The notes below the pieces were generated by a model. That model saw only the letters and a list, made by a program, of their open reading frames with translations, was not told the origin of the DNA and searched no databases. A stretch of 62,790 bases of DNA, counting the filler, from Hausera hauseri (Eukaryota): NCBI GenBank assembly GCA_046269625.1. It is 10 parts of 10 records of this genome, joined end to end, with 100 filler letters (N's around TTAATTAATTAA, not from the genome) between each part and the next. Parts side by side here need not be neighbours in the genome. Positions count along the whole stretch, not along the records: positions 1 to 6,548 come from JBJURY010088209.1; positions 6,649 to 15,279 come from JBJURY010577671.1; 8 more parts are not named here. The stretch is one strand, 5' to 3'. Below are positions 1-11,949 of the stretch, in pieces (position 1 is the first letter of the stretch; each line of letters begins with the position of its first letter). Both the position numbers and the translations under genes were made by a program.

Positions 1-2600
1 CAATTCTTTACGTCAATGTAAATGCTTGGCCAATAGTATTTGTTTAATATTCTTTCCAATGTCTTTTTCCACGACATATGTCCAGCTAAGTATGAATCAT
101 GTTCAGCCATGAGCACTTCTGCTCTTAATCCTTTTGGTATGACGATTAGTTTTCGTCCCTTTCGTTCGTAATACAATACACTTTCTTGATTTGAATCTCC
201 AGTGACGCAATATTTGTGACCATATCTTCGCAGGTGCTTTCGCAACTGATGTCCTCTTGGTGTCTTATCATCATTAACGAATTCCACAATTTGTCGTATA
301 ACATTGTCTTTTCTCTGTTCAATAGTAATCTTTAATGCCTTGTCTAAGGTGAGAGTCCGTTGTCTCTCTACTAAATTTTCAAGGTGCGCCTTCCTCATTA
401 CTGTTACTGCGCTAGTTTTGGTTTTAAGTCTAGATAATGCGTCAGCATCAACATGTTTACTTCCAGGTTTGTATTGAAATTCGATATTGTATCGTGAGAT
501 CTCTTCAATCCATCGGTTAAATCTACAAGTTGGGTTATTTGCTCTCCCTTTTAAAGTTGTGACTGCTTTATGATCAGTGACGATTATAATCTTTTGTCCG
601 TAGACATACACATTGAAATGCCGCAATGCTTCTTTTACCGCCAACGTTTCCAATTCGGTTATGGAATAATTCTTTTCCGCTTTCTTTAATAAGCGTCCTC
701 CATATGCAATCGGGTGTTCCAATCCCTCGTCTTCTCGTTTTTGTGCTTGTTCATATCCAATACCTTCCTTACTGGCGTCTGTTTTGATTATGAATGGTAG
801 GTTGAAGTCGGGATATCTTAAAACAGGTTCGCTAGTTAGAATTTTCTTCATTTTGTCAAAAGCCTTTTGTTCAACATTGGTCCATTTCCATTTGATCCCT
901 CTGTTTAATAAGCGATACATGGGTGCATTTATCTTTGTGTTTTCTGGCACGTAGGTAGCGTAATATCCACATAATCCTAGCCAATGCCTCAATTCTTTTT
1001 GATTTTTTGGGCTCTATGCAATCCGATATTTTACTTAATAGTGATTTATCCGGTTTTGATCCTTCTTCTCCAACTATATGTCCGAGGTAAGATACAGCAT
1101 TCTGAGCCCATTTACATTTTTGAGGATTCAGCTTTAATCCAGCTTGCTCTAATCTCATGAGCGTACCTTCAATACCTTTTATATGATCCTCTTCCGTTTT
1201 CGATGCAATCATGACATCGTCCAAATAAGCGAACGCGTGTTCTAGCTCCATTAGCATTTTGTTCATTATCCGGGTGAAGATGGCTGGTTCGGCAGTTATC
1301 CCAAATGGCATGACATTAAATTCGTATATACCGTTGTGTGTCTTAAATGTTGTTTTATAGCGGTGTTCCTCTTCTATCTGTACTTGCCAATATCCATACT
1401 GTAGATCGAGCGTGGTAAACCATTTAGTTCCCGAAAATCTGTCTAAAGCTTCCTTTACTGATGGTAACGGAAAAAAGTCCTTCATCATAAGTGTATTTAA
1501 TGCTCGATAGTCGATACAAAACTGGTGTTTACTGGTACCTTTCTTCTTAACCATAAGTATAGGCGAGTACCAAGATCGGTAGCTTCGTCTAATTATGTCC
1601 GCCTTTAACATTCATTCAACTTCCTTAGTTATCTCTGGCCTTAGCTAGTGTGGAGGAGGATACCATTTCGGCATCTTTTGATCCTCAAAGTCTATTTCAT
1701 CGCCAGATCCCGGCTTTTTCTTAAGCGGAATCGTGAGCCTTAAAGTTTTGACTCGACCAATATCTTCTTCGTCTCTCGCGATAATTGAACTATAACGACA
1801 GAGCAATTCGTAAAATCGACAATGTGATTCTGGCGAGAACTTAGTTTCCACGTTGGGCGGAAATTCTGCACCCTTATATGGTTTCTCTTCAGCAGTGATT
1901 GATGATACTCTACACGTGTGTCTCAAAGTGGTATTGGCGTACAATTTAGTCGGGGTTGGTGCATTATTGGCTATCCTGATTCGCAGACGGCCTGTCGATA
2001 CTCTTGTCAAAACATTACTGAGTACGAGGTTTGCTTCGAGTGATTTTTTTGGTTCGAAATATACTGGCTGATCGACATCTTTATGTATCTGAGGATATAT
2101 TAGGATTTCAGTTCTGGGTGGTATAATTTCATCCACTGGAATCCACACTTCTCCAAATTTTTTGTCTTTCGTGGTTTTAACACCTTTTATTGGGCCAAGT
2201 TCTATCAACTTGCCTGCATTGAAATCGATTGCTATATTGGGTAATTGTCTAAGTAAGTCACATCCTAACACTAAATCATCTGTTAATTGCTTCATTACCG
2301 AGAATTTATGACGAAAAGATTGTCCTATTATGTGAATTTCTGGTTTCCATCGGAATTTACTCTTCGAAGATCGTCCGAAAGCTCCGATGCTTCCTGGGTC
2401 TGTCGTATGAAGTGGATATCATTGTTTCCGTAAGAATTGTGGAATCGAATCATATTTTATCAGTGATATTTCAGATTCTGTATCTATTAGTGCATAAACC
2501 TCGCAATCTTCCAACTGAATCTTTGCGAAGGGCCTGCCTTCGATTACTGTACCGTAATGGCTTGGTGCTATCTTGGGTTGTCGTATGGTAGAGACTTTGT
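1..2600 (-). pseudogene. pol: Gypsy pol: aspartic protease, RT, RNase H, integrase N-terminus
   Basis: PR reads YALIDTESEISLI near 2460-2500 (DTG changed to DTE). RT ORF 871-1611 has FCIDYRALN, MPFG, YLDD. RNase H has TDASKEGIG, ELETLA, TDHKAV, DALSR (about 430-800). IN has HDSYLAGH...YYWP (1-110). Confidence 0.95.
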
Positions 2601-2699
2601 AACCGTTGATGGTAACTTTAGTGGTTCCAACTTGCTGCTCGACTAACTGTCTTAACTCTCCAATTGGATATAGTGCATTATTCGTTTCATTCGCCTTTT

Positions 2700-3038
2700 C
2701 TACTCTCTGGTTTCTAACTGGCGGCTGAACATCTGAAGTGCGGAGATTTCGTGCTTTATGGCTTCGAGTAAATATCGATGGTGTTTAGGTATTGGCTTAG
2801 GTATTCTGGGCGAATAAGTTCTACCGTGGTCGTCGACTGCTGATCTATGGTGTGGCACCGAGGTTTTCGCTGTTTCGTGGATCTTACGCAATATCCCATA
2901 GCGTTTTGTTCCTTCGTAACGATCCTCTAGACTAAACGGCTTGCGATAGATGTCTGTCTGGCACGAACTCATAGACTGTATCTCGCAATCTTCATATATA
3001 GGCGCTGTTGGCGGCAATATTGGTAATGGTAGTTTCAT
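2700..3038 (-). pseudogene. PTAP-containing linker preceding the protease
   Basis: LPPTAPIYED...YEGTKRYGILRK is homologous to LPPTAPVYED...YEGTKRYGILRK in ORF 7901. Confidence 0.8.
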
Positions 3039-3133
3039 AACGGAGGCATGTTGCTATCAATCGGTACTACGTTTTTATCATATTGCTCATTTTCTTCATC
3101 CGTTTGTAAATACTCAAAATACACTGCTGCATC

Positions 3134-6100
3134 TCAGACTCCTATTATTCGTCCTACCTGTTGTTCTGCTTTGGCCTTTCTTATAGTCTCTTCCTTTGTT
3201 TCATCGATAGCGGTGGTTACCACCAACCGGTTTACTTCACCTGGGATAATTCCAACTTCTATTAATATTTCCGTATCGTCTAGTATCTTTCCTCGGAAAT
3301 AAAGCCTGTAGTTTAACTCATTAGCGTACCCGTTGTGCTTTATCCACAGTAATACATCACTTACAAGGGAGCGCGTAGTGAACTTTTGTTCTTTCTCGTC
3401 CATCCAATCTGATGCTATTTTTACTAGAATCGTCTCTTCTGCCTTTGCCTTTAGAATTTTGGCACATTCTTTGCGTAGAAGCTTAGGTATTGTACTGAAG
3501 ATCGTACCTTCACTAGCTAATTTAGTTAGAGTGGAGACTAGCTGTCTTAATTGAATTTCAGTAAGATTTATTTTAATCAGCTGAGTTAAATCCTTCTCGG
3601 TTTGCGCTGGGTCCAGAAGCATTTCTACGTTGAACCTTTGTTTCGGAGAATACATTTCCATTTCGCTTAAGTGTATTGGGGTTTTCGGATTTTCCGCAAT
3701 CATTGCATCTAAATAGGCTTCCCAATCTGGTTCATTTTCACTATCTGGCAGTTGACAGTTTTTCAACGGTGTATCGGCTGGCCTGCCCACCACTGTGGGC
3801 CACGTAGTTGCTCGGAGTTCTTGTAATTTCTGTTGCATCTGGACCATTTTCGTCGTTCGGATACATCGCCCATTAGCGGACGTTTGGTGGAGCAGTGTTA
3901 ACAACAAACATAATTCTTCGGGTGGAATTAGACTCTTTTCTTGATATTTCGTTAGCTCGGACGTGAAATCTCTTTGCCATCTTTGAATGAATTGTGACTT
4001 GTCAGCCTTTTCGACTTCTGTGAGAACATATTTGTTTTTGTAGACTTCAAGTTCTCTAGCTAGTTCGTCTAACCTTATCGCTCTCTGTTTTGTCTTAATG
4101 CAAGTTTCTTCGACTTGCTGTATCTGCTGCAACAATTGCCTTAGTTCTTCGTCACTAATTTCTGCCATTTCTACCATCAATAGCGTTAGTTCGTACATCT
4201 CATTAATGTTCTTTGAATCCGGATCTATCGCACATAATAATCTTTTACGAACTTGATCTCTTTGAAGTTAAGATGGAGGTCGTTCTTTATTTTAGTTAAT
4301 TCAGTATGAAGTCTTTGATCCGTTCCATCTCTCCACTCTTGGGGACGATGTAAGAACTTAACTGCTTCTTTAACTTGTGACCGGTATTCGGGACAAAAGT
4401 TCAAAGTTTTAAGATCTCGGATCGAGATTTTTTCAATAGGTTTGGCTGTCAACCAGCGTATTCCCTTCAGGCGGACGTCTGTTAATCGTGAGTAGAAATC
4501 GCAAGTCGCATTCCGCTTTCGAGTGAAGTTTGTTTCTTCAATCATTTTATATATATCGTTTAACACCATCATCTCTTCTTTCCTTTCGATAAAGTTTAAT
4601 TGACGTAGTGCCTCGAGTTGGGTTCGGATGTCGATCTCTGCTTTCATCGTATCTAGGTTTCGAGCGTCTTCTTCCAGCTGCTTCTTAAGGGTAGGTTCGC
4701 TTTCTGGGAATTCCTTTTTCCGATCGGCCACTAATTCATTCAACCTCGTTATCACTCCTGACCATTCTTTCCACTGGTTAGCGATTTTTGGCTTTGCCAG
4801 TATTGCTTTATTTAACATTTAGCGGGAGTCGTCTAGCTGGTCATCTGGACCTCTAATAAAATCGATGATCCGGTAGGCATAGTCAAACTCATCTTTATAT
4901 TCATCGAATTCTAGGGTACAAGTTAAAATTATTTTCTGTGTTTCATTATCCGATGGGTGCATGATCCTATTCCTTAGACTATATATCTGCGACCGCTTTT
5001 CAACTTCTATTTTAAGACGGTTTTCCAGACTAGTATATTGCCTTATCGCAGTAGAAGCGATTTTTATCATTTCCATTTAGGGCAAAATATCCAATACATC
5101 TATGCCCAACATCTCTAAGTCGTTTGCATCTCGTTCCTTGACCGGCTTCTTTTTCAGTTGCTCAATTACGATGAATCTAATTTCGTCCATGACACGCTCC
5201 AAATTAAGTGCTGCTCTTTTTAATTTCCGTTTGAGATCTAATGTAGCTAATAACGACTAAGCCCAGTTGACTCTAGTTTTAATGTTTTGGGTAGTTTTAT
5301 CCCATGTCTCCGGAAATTTCGTTTTGCTTTCGATCCACCGTTCTAATTCACGTTTCCACTGAACTAGGGTTTCTTTTGCCACCTCTTCTGGCTGATCCGA
5401 ATCTATAACTTCACTTAGTTTTCCTTCGCAACACAGTTTCATATTTTTATATAATCTTGCTAGAAACTGCTGTTCCTTTCCAGAAATATCCACTTGTTCG
5501 CTCATTGCTTTGAGCTTCTCTAGATTCTGTCGTAATGTTTCTGGGTTGCGACAATTCATCCTCATTCTCTTTAACTCCTCTGCATTTTTCTACGAGCGCC
5601 TGATTTTCTTCATTTTAGGGTCGAGTTTTTCTTCTCGTTCTGTTTCCTCTTCTCTCGTAGGTAAGGGACATACATCATTTATTTCATCTATAGATTTTAT
5701 CAGCTAACCCATCTCGCTGGGCGTAACTAAATTAATTTTCGAAATGTCGGAGGCACAATCCGTTTTACTGTCTAATGCGAATTCCGTATCTTTCTTTGTC
5801 TTTGATTTTTCTTTGATTATTTGGGATCTCGAATAATCCTTACGTTTCCTTCTAAGTGATGGGCTACGGCCTCTATTCTTGGTGATTTTAAGTATAAGCG
5901 GTTCGAGAAATTCTTCTCTTTCGTCGGCCTCTGCCTCTTTGGTTACCTTCTCTGCAGTATACTCAGGTCCTAAATCCGCTTTATCCGGAGTGTCAGGCTT
6001 CCATGATTCGGTTGGTTCTTTGTTTAACGCAGGAGCGGTCTTTTTCCGAGTCATATCACTTAGCCTTGGTGGGCCTATGGAATGTTCATATTCCGTTTTG

Positions 6101-6330
6101 GGTTCACGCAGGCCACGGTAAACTTCCATTAGTCGTAATTTGTGCACATATTCATTTCTAGCCACTAAAACTTTGGGGTCCTTAGTCTCAGGCTGGGCTT
6201 TTAGAAAACGTCGTAAATCCTGTATTTCGATAATCATTCCTGTGTCTCTACAAACACCGTAAATGGCTTCTAAATTTTCGTTTTTAATTACATTTGTTTT
6301 ACTAGGTTCCACAAACGATACACTTCGCGA
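3134..6330 (-). pseudogene. Cargo region between Gag NC and PR: charged, probably coiled-coil segments and a C-terminal ubiquitin-like domain
   Basis: ORFs 5704-6366, 5257-5565, 4819-5076 and 4225-4818 share one frame; 3134-4198 follows after a frameshift. Ubl-like motif RLYFRGKILDDTEILIEVGI at 3218-3436. Confidence 0.7.
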
Positions 6331-6336
6331 ATTCGG

Positions 6337-6548
6337 ACAGGACTTCGCTGTGTCCTTCTTGTCCACATGTGAAGCAGACTAAATTGCCATTTCTTCCAAC
6401 TCTTTGTCGACCATCTTTGTTTAACGGAGATTTCGATCTACTCGGATTTCTATTATAACCTTGCTGCGGTGGAGTCTGTCTAGGGTCTCCATATTGGCGA
6501 TTATTATCACTCCGGTTTTCATTGTATCGACTCAGGTTTTTAGAGCCA
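6337..6548 (-). pseudogene. gag: Gag C-terminus with CCHC zinc knuckle (frameshifted)
   Basis: Manual translation gives ...RSKSPLNKDGRQRVGRNGNLVCFTCGQEGH/(fs)/AKSCPNSRSVSF, i.e. CX2CX4HX4C after an R/S/N-rich region. Confidence 0.85.
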
Positions 6549-6648
6549 NNNNNNNNNNNNNNNNNNNNNNNNNNNNNNNNNNNNNNNNNNNNTTAATTAA
6601 TTAANNNNNNNNNNNNNNNNNNNNNNNNNNNNNNNNNNNNNNNNNNNN
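6549..6648. other. Artificial contig spacer (first of nine identical spacers)
   Basis: N-run, TTAATTAATTAA (stops in all six frames), N-run; 100 nt; repeated at eight other positions. Confidence 0.99.
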
Positions 6649-6649
6649 T

Positions 6650-7813
6650 TTTATTAAAATTAAAGAACTAAAGTTCAATGAGACTACAGGAAAGAGATAT
6701 GTGGACAAATCAGAAACCAATTCGAGAACACGTGAGGATGTATCAGAACACTCTACACCTATTATGTTAATTTCGGATCAGCATGGATTGAAATTTATTA
6801 AAAAAGAGATGATTTCTCGCTGTGATGTAGTGATGTTTGCTACAAACTATGAAGCGTTTTTCGTCGCAGAAACGGTGATAAGTGCGAAAACTTATAAGCT
6901 AGAAACATAGGACGTCCGTATTGAAGATTGCCTGAAAAATATGGATGATTACTTCTACTTTAAAGGGCAAGTCGGAATAACGGAATTATATAATAAAATA
7001 ATAATGAATGACTGCAAATTAAATACGGAAATCATGAGAACTAAAATGGCTCTGATATATGAAAAACCAGATTTGGCTTCTCTAATAATTCCCATGAGAG
7101 AAGGAATTTTCGGTCGGGTAACAGGCGAAGCATTGCTAACCTATGAATGCGAAAAGAGGGACGTACCCATCAACGTGGAAGAAAAACGTTGCATTCAGGA
7201 ACATCCTGTTATTTACCAAAGTATTCCTAGGTTAGCTACACCGCTGACAAGAGTGTTATTGGATAATGCTACCCAGCCAACCATCCCTAAAAATTGTAAA
7301 GCAAGCTTAGGAAAACCCATATTTAGACGTAGTGAAACAGACTGGGTAAGCTTGCCAAACGGAGATATTATTGCCGTTCCAAATTAACTGACAGAAACAA
7401 ATCTTGAGAAAGGAATTACAAACGAAAAATTTCAAGATACCTCATCAAAAGGTATATATAGGCCAAAAGAGATTGAACCATTCAGACAATTCCTCGCTTT
7501 TCCGCGACAGCGAACGCACGAATTGAACCGAGCCATGGCCTCAGTAGTAGACGATACATGATATAAAGCTAAATGGGAATCATTACTTAGCGTAAACCAT
7601 TATCTATTAGTACCCACGGAAATACTCTACAAAATTTGGGGAAGATTTTTGATTTTCGGACAAGCCGCATCCGGATTCTTAGTGATATATTTTATGATAC
7701 AAATGATTGAGGCAGTCATCCAAGCAGTAATAAATGGGTACAAAATATTTACACTGATTGGATTTTCATGTAAAATACTGATGGTGATCATAATGCCCTT
7801 TGGAAAATTCTAA
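6650..7813 (+). pseudogene. Chuvirus (Jingchuvirales)-like class III fusion glycoprotein, C-terminal half with membrane anchor
   Basis: GIFGRVTGEALLTYEC..CIQEHPV..PLTRVLL..NC..P.F..W, then KGIY..FLAFP..KIWGRFLIFGQAASGFLVIYFMIQMIEAVIQAVINGYKIFTLIGFS. This matches the recalled chuvirus G pattern (G..AGEV..C..CY.ELPV..P.TRIL; GIY..FP; W..F..FG..SAG..GY). One frame, with stops at 6908, 7385, 7559 and 7811. Confidence 0.85.
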
Positions 7814-7900
7814 AAGGCATACGAAGAAAACAGATGGAAATCGGACGTAGAACGCCATGTCGGTTATTATAATCGTAAACAAAGAGGAAGGCCTATATTC

Positions 7901-9247
7901 TTGCGGAAGGGGAAATTTACAAAAACCAATATGCACAGAAATAACTCACATGATGACGATCCTAAGGGAGGAGACGTACTTCCTGGGATAAACAGACATA
8001 AGACATACTCTGTCATTAAAGCGCTATTGCCTATGCTACCGCCCACCGCTCCGGTCTACGAAGACTGGGATAAATGGTCAATGAGTTCATATCAGGCGGA
8101 AATTTATAAAAAAACAATTAATGAAGAAGGCCCTTATGAAGGAACGAAACGTTATGGAATCCTACGGAAAATGTGTTACCGACAATCCACAGATGGTCCC
8201 AAGATGTTGTATTTTCCGAGAGAACCACAGAATATAGAAACTAGATCAACAGTTTGGGACAACCCAAGGTTAAAAACCTTCCAGAATACCGAACTACACA
8301 CTAACAATGAAGAACCATTAATTAGTACGCACAAAACGGCAGAATTGCATATAAAAAACACCGAGCTATATCCAAACGAAGAATTAAGACAATTGTCGGA
8401 GAATATAGTATCCTTCCCCGAAATCCGAATCAACGGACATAAAATATCGGCGCTGAAACGCTCGAAGGATACATCGAACTGCTTTGGAACAGTAATAGAA
8501 GGAAGACCTTTCGCCAAGATCACTATCGAAAATTGGGAAGCATATGCCTTAATCGATACAGGATCTGAGATGTCTTACATTAAAAATGATTCAATACCTC
8601 AAAAATTGGGAGGTCAGTTATATCCGCCGTTTACGAAAGATCCAGGAAGTACAGGAGCTTTCGGTCAAATGTCAAAACCAATGTTTAAATGGAACCCAGA
8701 AGTTCAAATAGTTGGACAATTTTTCCATCATGAATTTTCAGTTATGGAGCAATTAACCGACGACGTAGTCTTAGGATGTAATTTACTGTTCAGGCCAAAT
8801 AAAGGCGTAAAAAACGCTAAGGATAAAAAATTAGGAGAAGTGTGGATATCATTTGACGAAAACATCTCACCAAGAACAGAAATGATAATTTATGCCCAGA
8901 TACAGCAAGATGACGATCAACCAGTATATTTTGAACCAAGAGATACGTTGGATCCGAATATATTACTCAGCAATGTATTAACAAGAGTACATTCCGGTCG
9001 AGTACCAATCAGAATAGCTAATAACGCGCAAACTCCTGTCAAGCTCCATGCTTATACTATGTTAGGAGACACCTATAGAGTATCATCCATAACCATCGAA
9101 GAAAAGCCCTATAAATATGCTGAATTTCCACCCCATGTCGAAACTAAATTCTCAACCGAATCTTATTGTAGATTTTACGAATTATTATCCGCTACAAATC
9201 TATTATCGCTATGGACGAAGAAGATATTGGTAGAGCAAAAGCATTAA
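7901..9247 (+). pseudogene. pol: PTAP linker, retropepsin protease and degenerate beta-rich spacer domain
   Basis: LPPTAPVY, ALIDTGSEMSYI, DVVLGCNLL. Frameshift near 9190 relative to the contig 1 homologue. Confidence 0.9.
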
Positions 9248-10560
9248 AACAAACCATTCCACTCAAGGAAAAGCCTGGTTCAAACGAAGAAATAGATTTA
9301 GAAGACCAGAAGATGCCAAAATAATACCCTCCACCACATTCGCTAAGACCTGAGATAACGAAGGAAGTTGAACAAATGCTTAAGGCCGATATAATTAGGC
9401 TTAACTATAGATTTTGGTATTCACCAATCCTCATGTTTAAGAAGAAAGGTACCACAAAACATCGATTTTGTATTGATTACAGAGCCTTGAATAATCTTAT
9501 GATGAAAGATTCTTTTCCATTACCATCAGTAAAAGAGGCTTTGGATAGGTTCTCAGGAGCAAAATGGTTTACCACCCTCGACTTACAATCCGGATATGGG
9601 CAAGTAGAAATAGAGGAAGAAGACCGCTATAAAAAGGCATTTAAAACACACCATGGCGTTTATGAATTTAATGTCATGCCGTTCGGTATTACTAGTGGAC
9701 CAGCCATATTTACGAGAATGATGAATAAAATGCTAATGGGACTGGATCATGCTTTTGCGTACTTAGATGACGTAATGATAACATCAAGGACCGAAGAGGA
9801 ACACTTAAAGAACATCGAACATACGCTGATGAGATTGGAACAAGCCGGATTGAAGTTAAATCCGACGAAATGCTAATGGGCTCAAAAAGCAGTATCCTAT
9901 CTTGGCCATATAGTTGTAGAAGGAGGATCGAAACTGGATAAATCGTTACTAAACAAAATATCGGATTGCATAAAACCACAAAACCAGAAGAAGCTAAGGC
10001 ACTGGTTAGGACTTTGCGGATATTATGCAACCTATGTGCCAGGCAATTCAAAAATTAATGCACCTTTATACCGTCTACTTAAAAAAGGAATTAAATGGAA
10101 ATGCAGAGACGTCGAACAGAAAGCCTTCGACGAAATGAAGAAGATATTAACAAGCGAACCTGTATTACGATATCCAGAATTTAACTTGCCCTTTATAATC
10201 AAGACAGACACCAGAAAAGAAGGCATTGGTTATGAATTTGCGCAGAAAAGAGAAGATGAAGAATTAGAACACCCAATTGCTTATGGAAGACGATCTTTGA
10301 AAAAGGCTGAGAAAAACTATTCTGTTACCGAATTAGAAACTCTAGCTTTAAAAGAAGCACTTCGACACTTCAATGTTTACGTATATGGGCAGAAAATTAT
10401 AATTATTACCAATGACAAGGCCGTTATGACCTTAAAAGGATGAGCAAACAACCCGACATGCAGACTTAACAGATGGATCGAAGAAATATCAAGATACAAT
10501 ATTGAATTTCAATATAAACCAGGGAATAAACATATACACGCGGATGCACTATCGAGATTA
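9190..10560 (+). pseudogene. pol: Reverse transcriptase and RNase H
   Basis: FCIDYRALN, MPFG, YLDD; RNase H TDTRKEGIG, ELETLA, ADALSR; internal stops at 9874 and 10441. Confidence 0.95.
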
Positions 10561-10859
10561 AAGACGAAAACAAGCGCAATCACTATAATGAAAAAGAGTC
10601 AACTTGAGGAAATAATAGACCGCCAACGCGCTTTAACGATGGATAAAGCCATCAAAATCTCAACAGAACAAAGAAAGGTTAAGTCATCCATCAGATTATA
10701 GAATTTGCTAAAAAGGATATCATACCAAAGGGACGACAGTTAAAGAAACATGTACACCGACACGGACATAAATACTGCGTCTTAAATGACAAAAGCAATG
10801 AGGATATTTTATATTACGAAAGGAAAGGAAGAAAATTGGTAGTTATTCCAAAAGGACTA

Positions 10860-11940
10860 CGTACCGAAGTGCTGATGTCAGAACATGATTCTTAATTAGC
10901 CGGACACATGTCCTGGAAGAAGACATTAGAAAGAATAATGAATAAATACTTTTGGCCCAGTATCCATATTGGTGTAAAAAATTGGGTGAACGCTTGTGAA
11001 GTATGTTCAACTAAGCAAAAAAAAACGAAAAATTACATGGCCGAATTAAAACCAATTGATGTATCCGATATGCCCATGCAAGCCATGTCGATGGATATAG
11101 TAGGACCTCTTCCTACGATTCACAAGAACAATAAGTACATCTTAACTTCTATCGATCGATTAACTCATTTTGTCGAATTGATAGCATTAATTGATCAAAA
11201 GGTAGAAACCTTGGCAGAAGCCGTAGTAAGAAAAATCATTTGTCGATATGTACCCCCAGACCAGATACTCACAGATCGAGGAAGAAATTTTACCGGTGAA
11301 CTTTTCGAGAAGATTTCCAAAATATTTAAAATCGAACAGTTGACGACTACTGCGTATCATCCTCACTGTAATGAGATGGTAGAACGAATGAACGCAACCG
11401 TCATACGTATATTATCGGCAGTGGTTGCAAAGGACCAGAAAGATTGGGATGAATTTCTAGAAGGAACCCAATTTGCAAATAATACTACACCACATCCAGC
11501 GACAGGATTCACCCCATTTTTCATGATGTATGGACGTTAAGCCGTGTTACCTACGGATTTAGGAATGACGCCATACACGGTTAATCCCGAGTATTTGGAG
11601 CAAAACTTTGCAGAGGTGCTACAAACGCGATTGCGGAAGTGTTGGAAAATCGCCAAAGAATTATCCCAAGAATATTAAGAGCAGTTTAAAAAGCAGTATT
11701 ATAAGAAAGCGAAACCGCATGATATAGAATATGGAAATTGGGTTTATGTGCATTATCCAGTAGCCAAAAAAGGCACATCATTAAAATTAACTAATACAGG
11801 CAGAAGACCGTACGAAGTTACCAGAATTACGCCGACCACAGTATACATTAACAAAAACGGAAAGGAAAAAGTCGTGTCAATACAAAGAGTTGCCAAAACA
11901 GACATACGGCCAAATAAACGTTACAACTTACGCCAACCCG
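10860..11940 (+). pseudogene. pol: Integrase (HHCC, DDE core, GPY/F-like C-terminus)
   Basis: EHDS*LAGH...CEVC, MDIVGPLP, TDRGRNF, NEMVERMN, TGFTPF, GRRPYEV, RYNLR. Confidence 0.93.
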
Positions 11941-11949
11941 ACACAAAAA

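Larger units (their letters stand above)
1..6548 (-). mobile_element. Ty3/Gypsy LTR retroelement, decayed and truncated at both ends: Gag C-terminus, large cargo region, PR, RT, RNase H, start of IN
   Basis: Domain order PR-RT-RH-IN on the minus strand, CCHC knuckle near 6337-6376, many stops and frameshifts. Confidence 0.93.

Noticed and set aside
1853-6121. Short plus-strand ORFs opposite the contig 1 element
   Set aside because: Antisense shadows of the minus-strand coding region; the same applies to similar shadows over the LINEs and capsid genes.
6400-6800. Apparent head-to-head arrangement of two Gypsy elements
   Set aside because: They are separated by an artificial spacer, so adjacency and orientation carry no biological meaning. 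Only their sequence homology was used.
9180-9250. Possible programmed frameshift between PR and RT in contig 2
   Set aside because: The homologous region in contig 1 reads through in frame (YELLCRYSSIIARDEEDIG), so this is a copy-specific indel.
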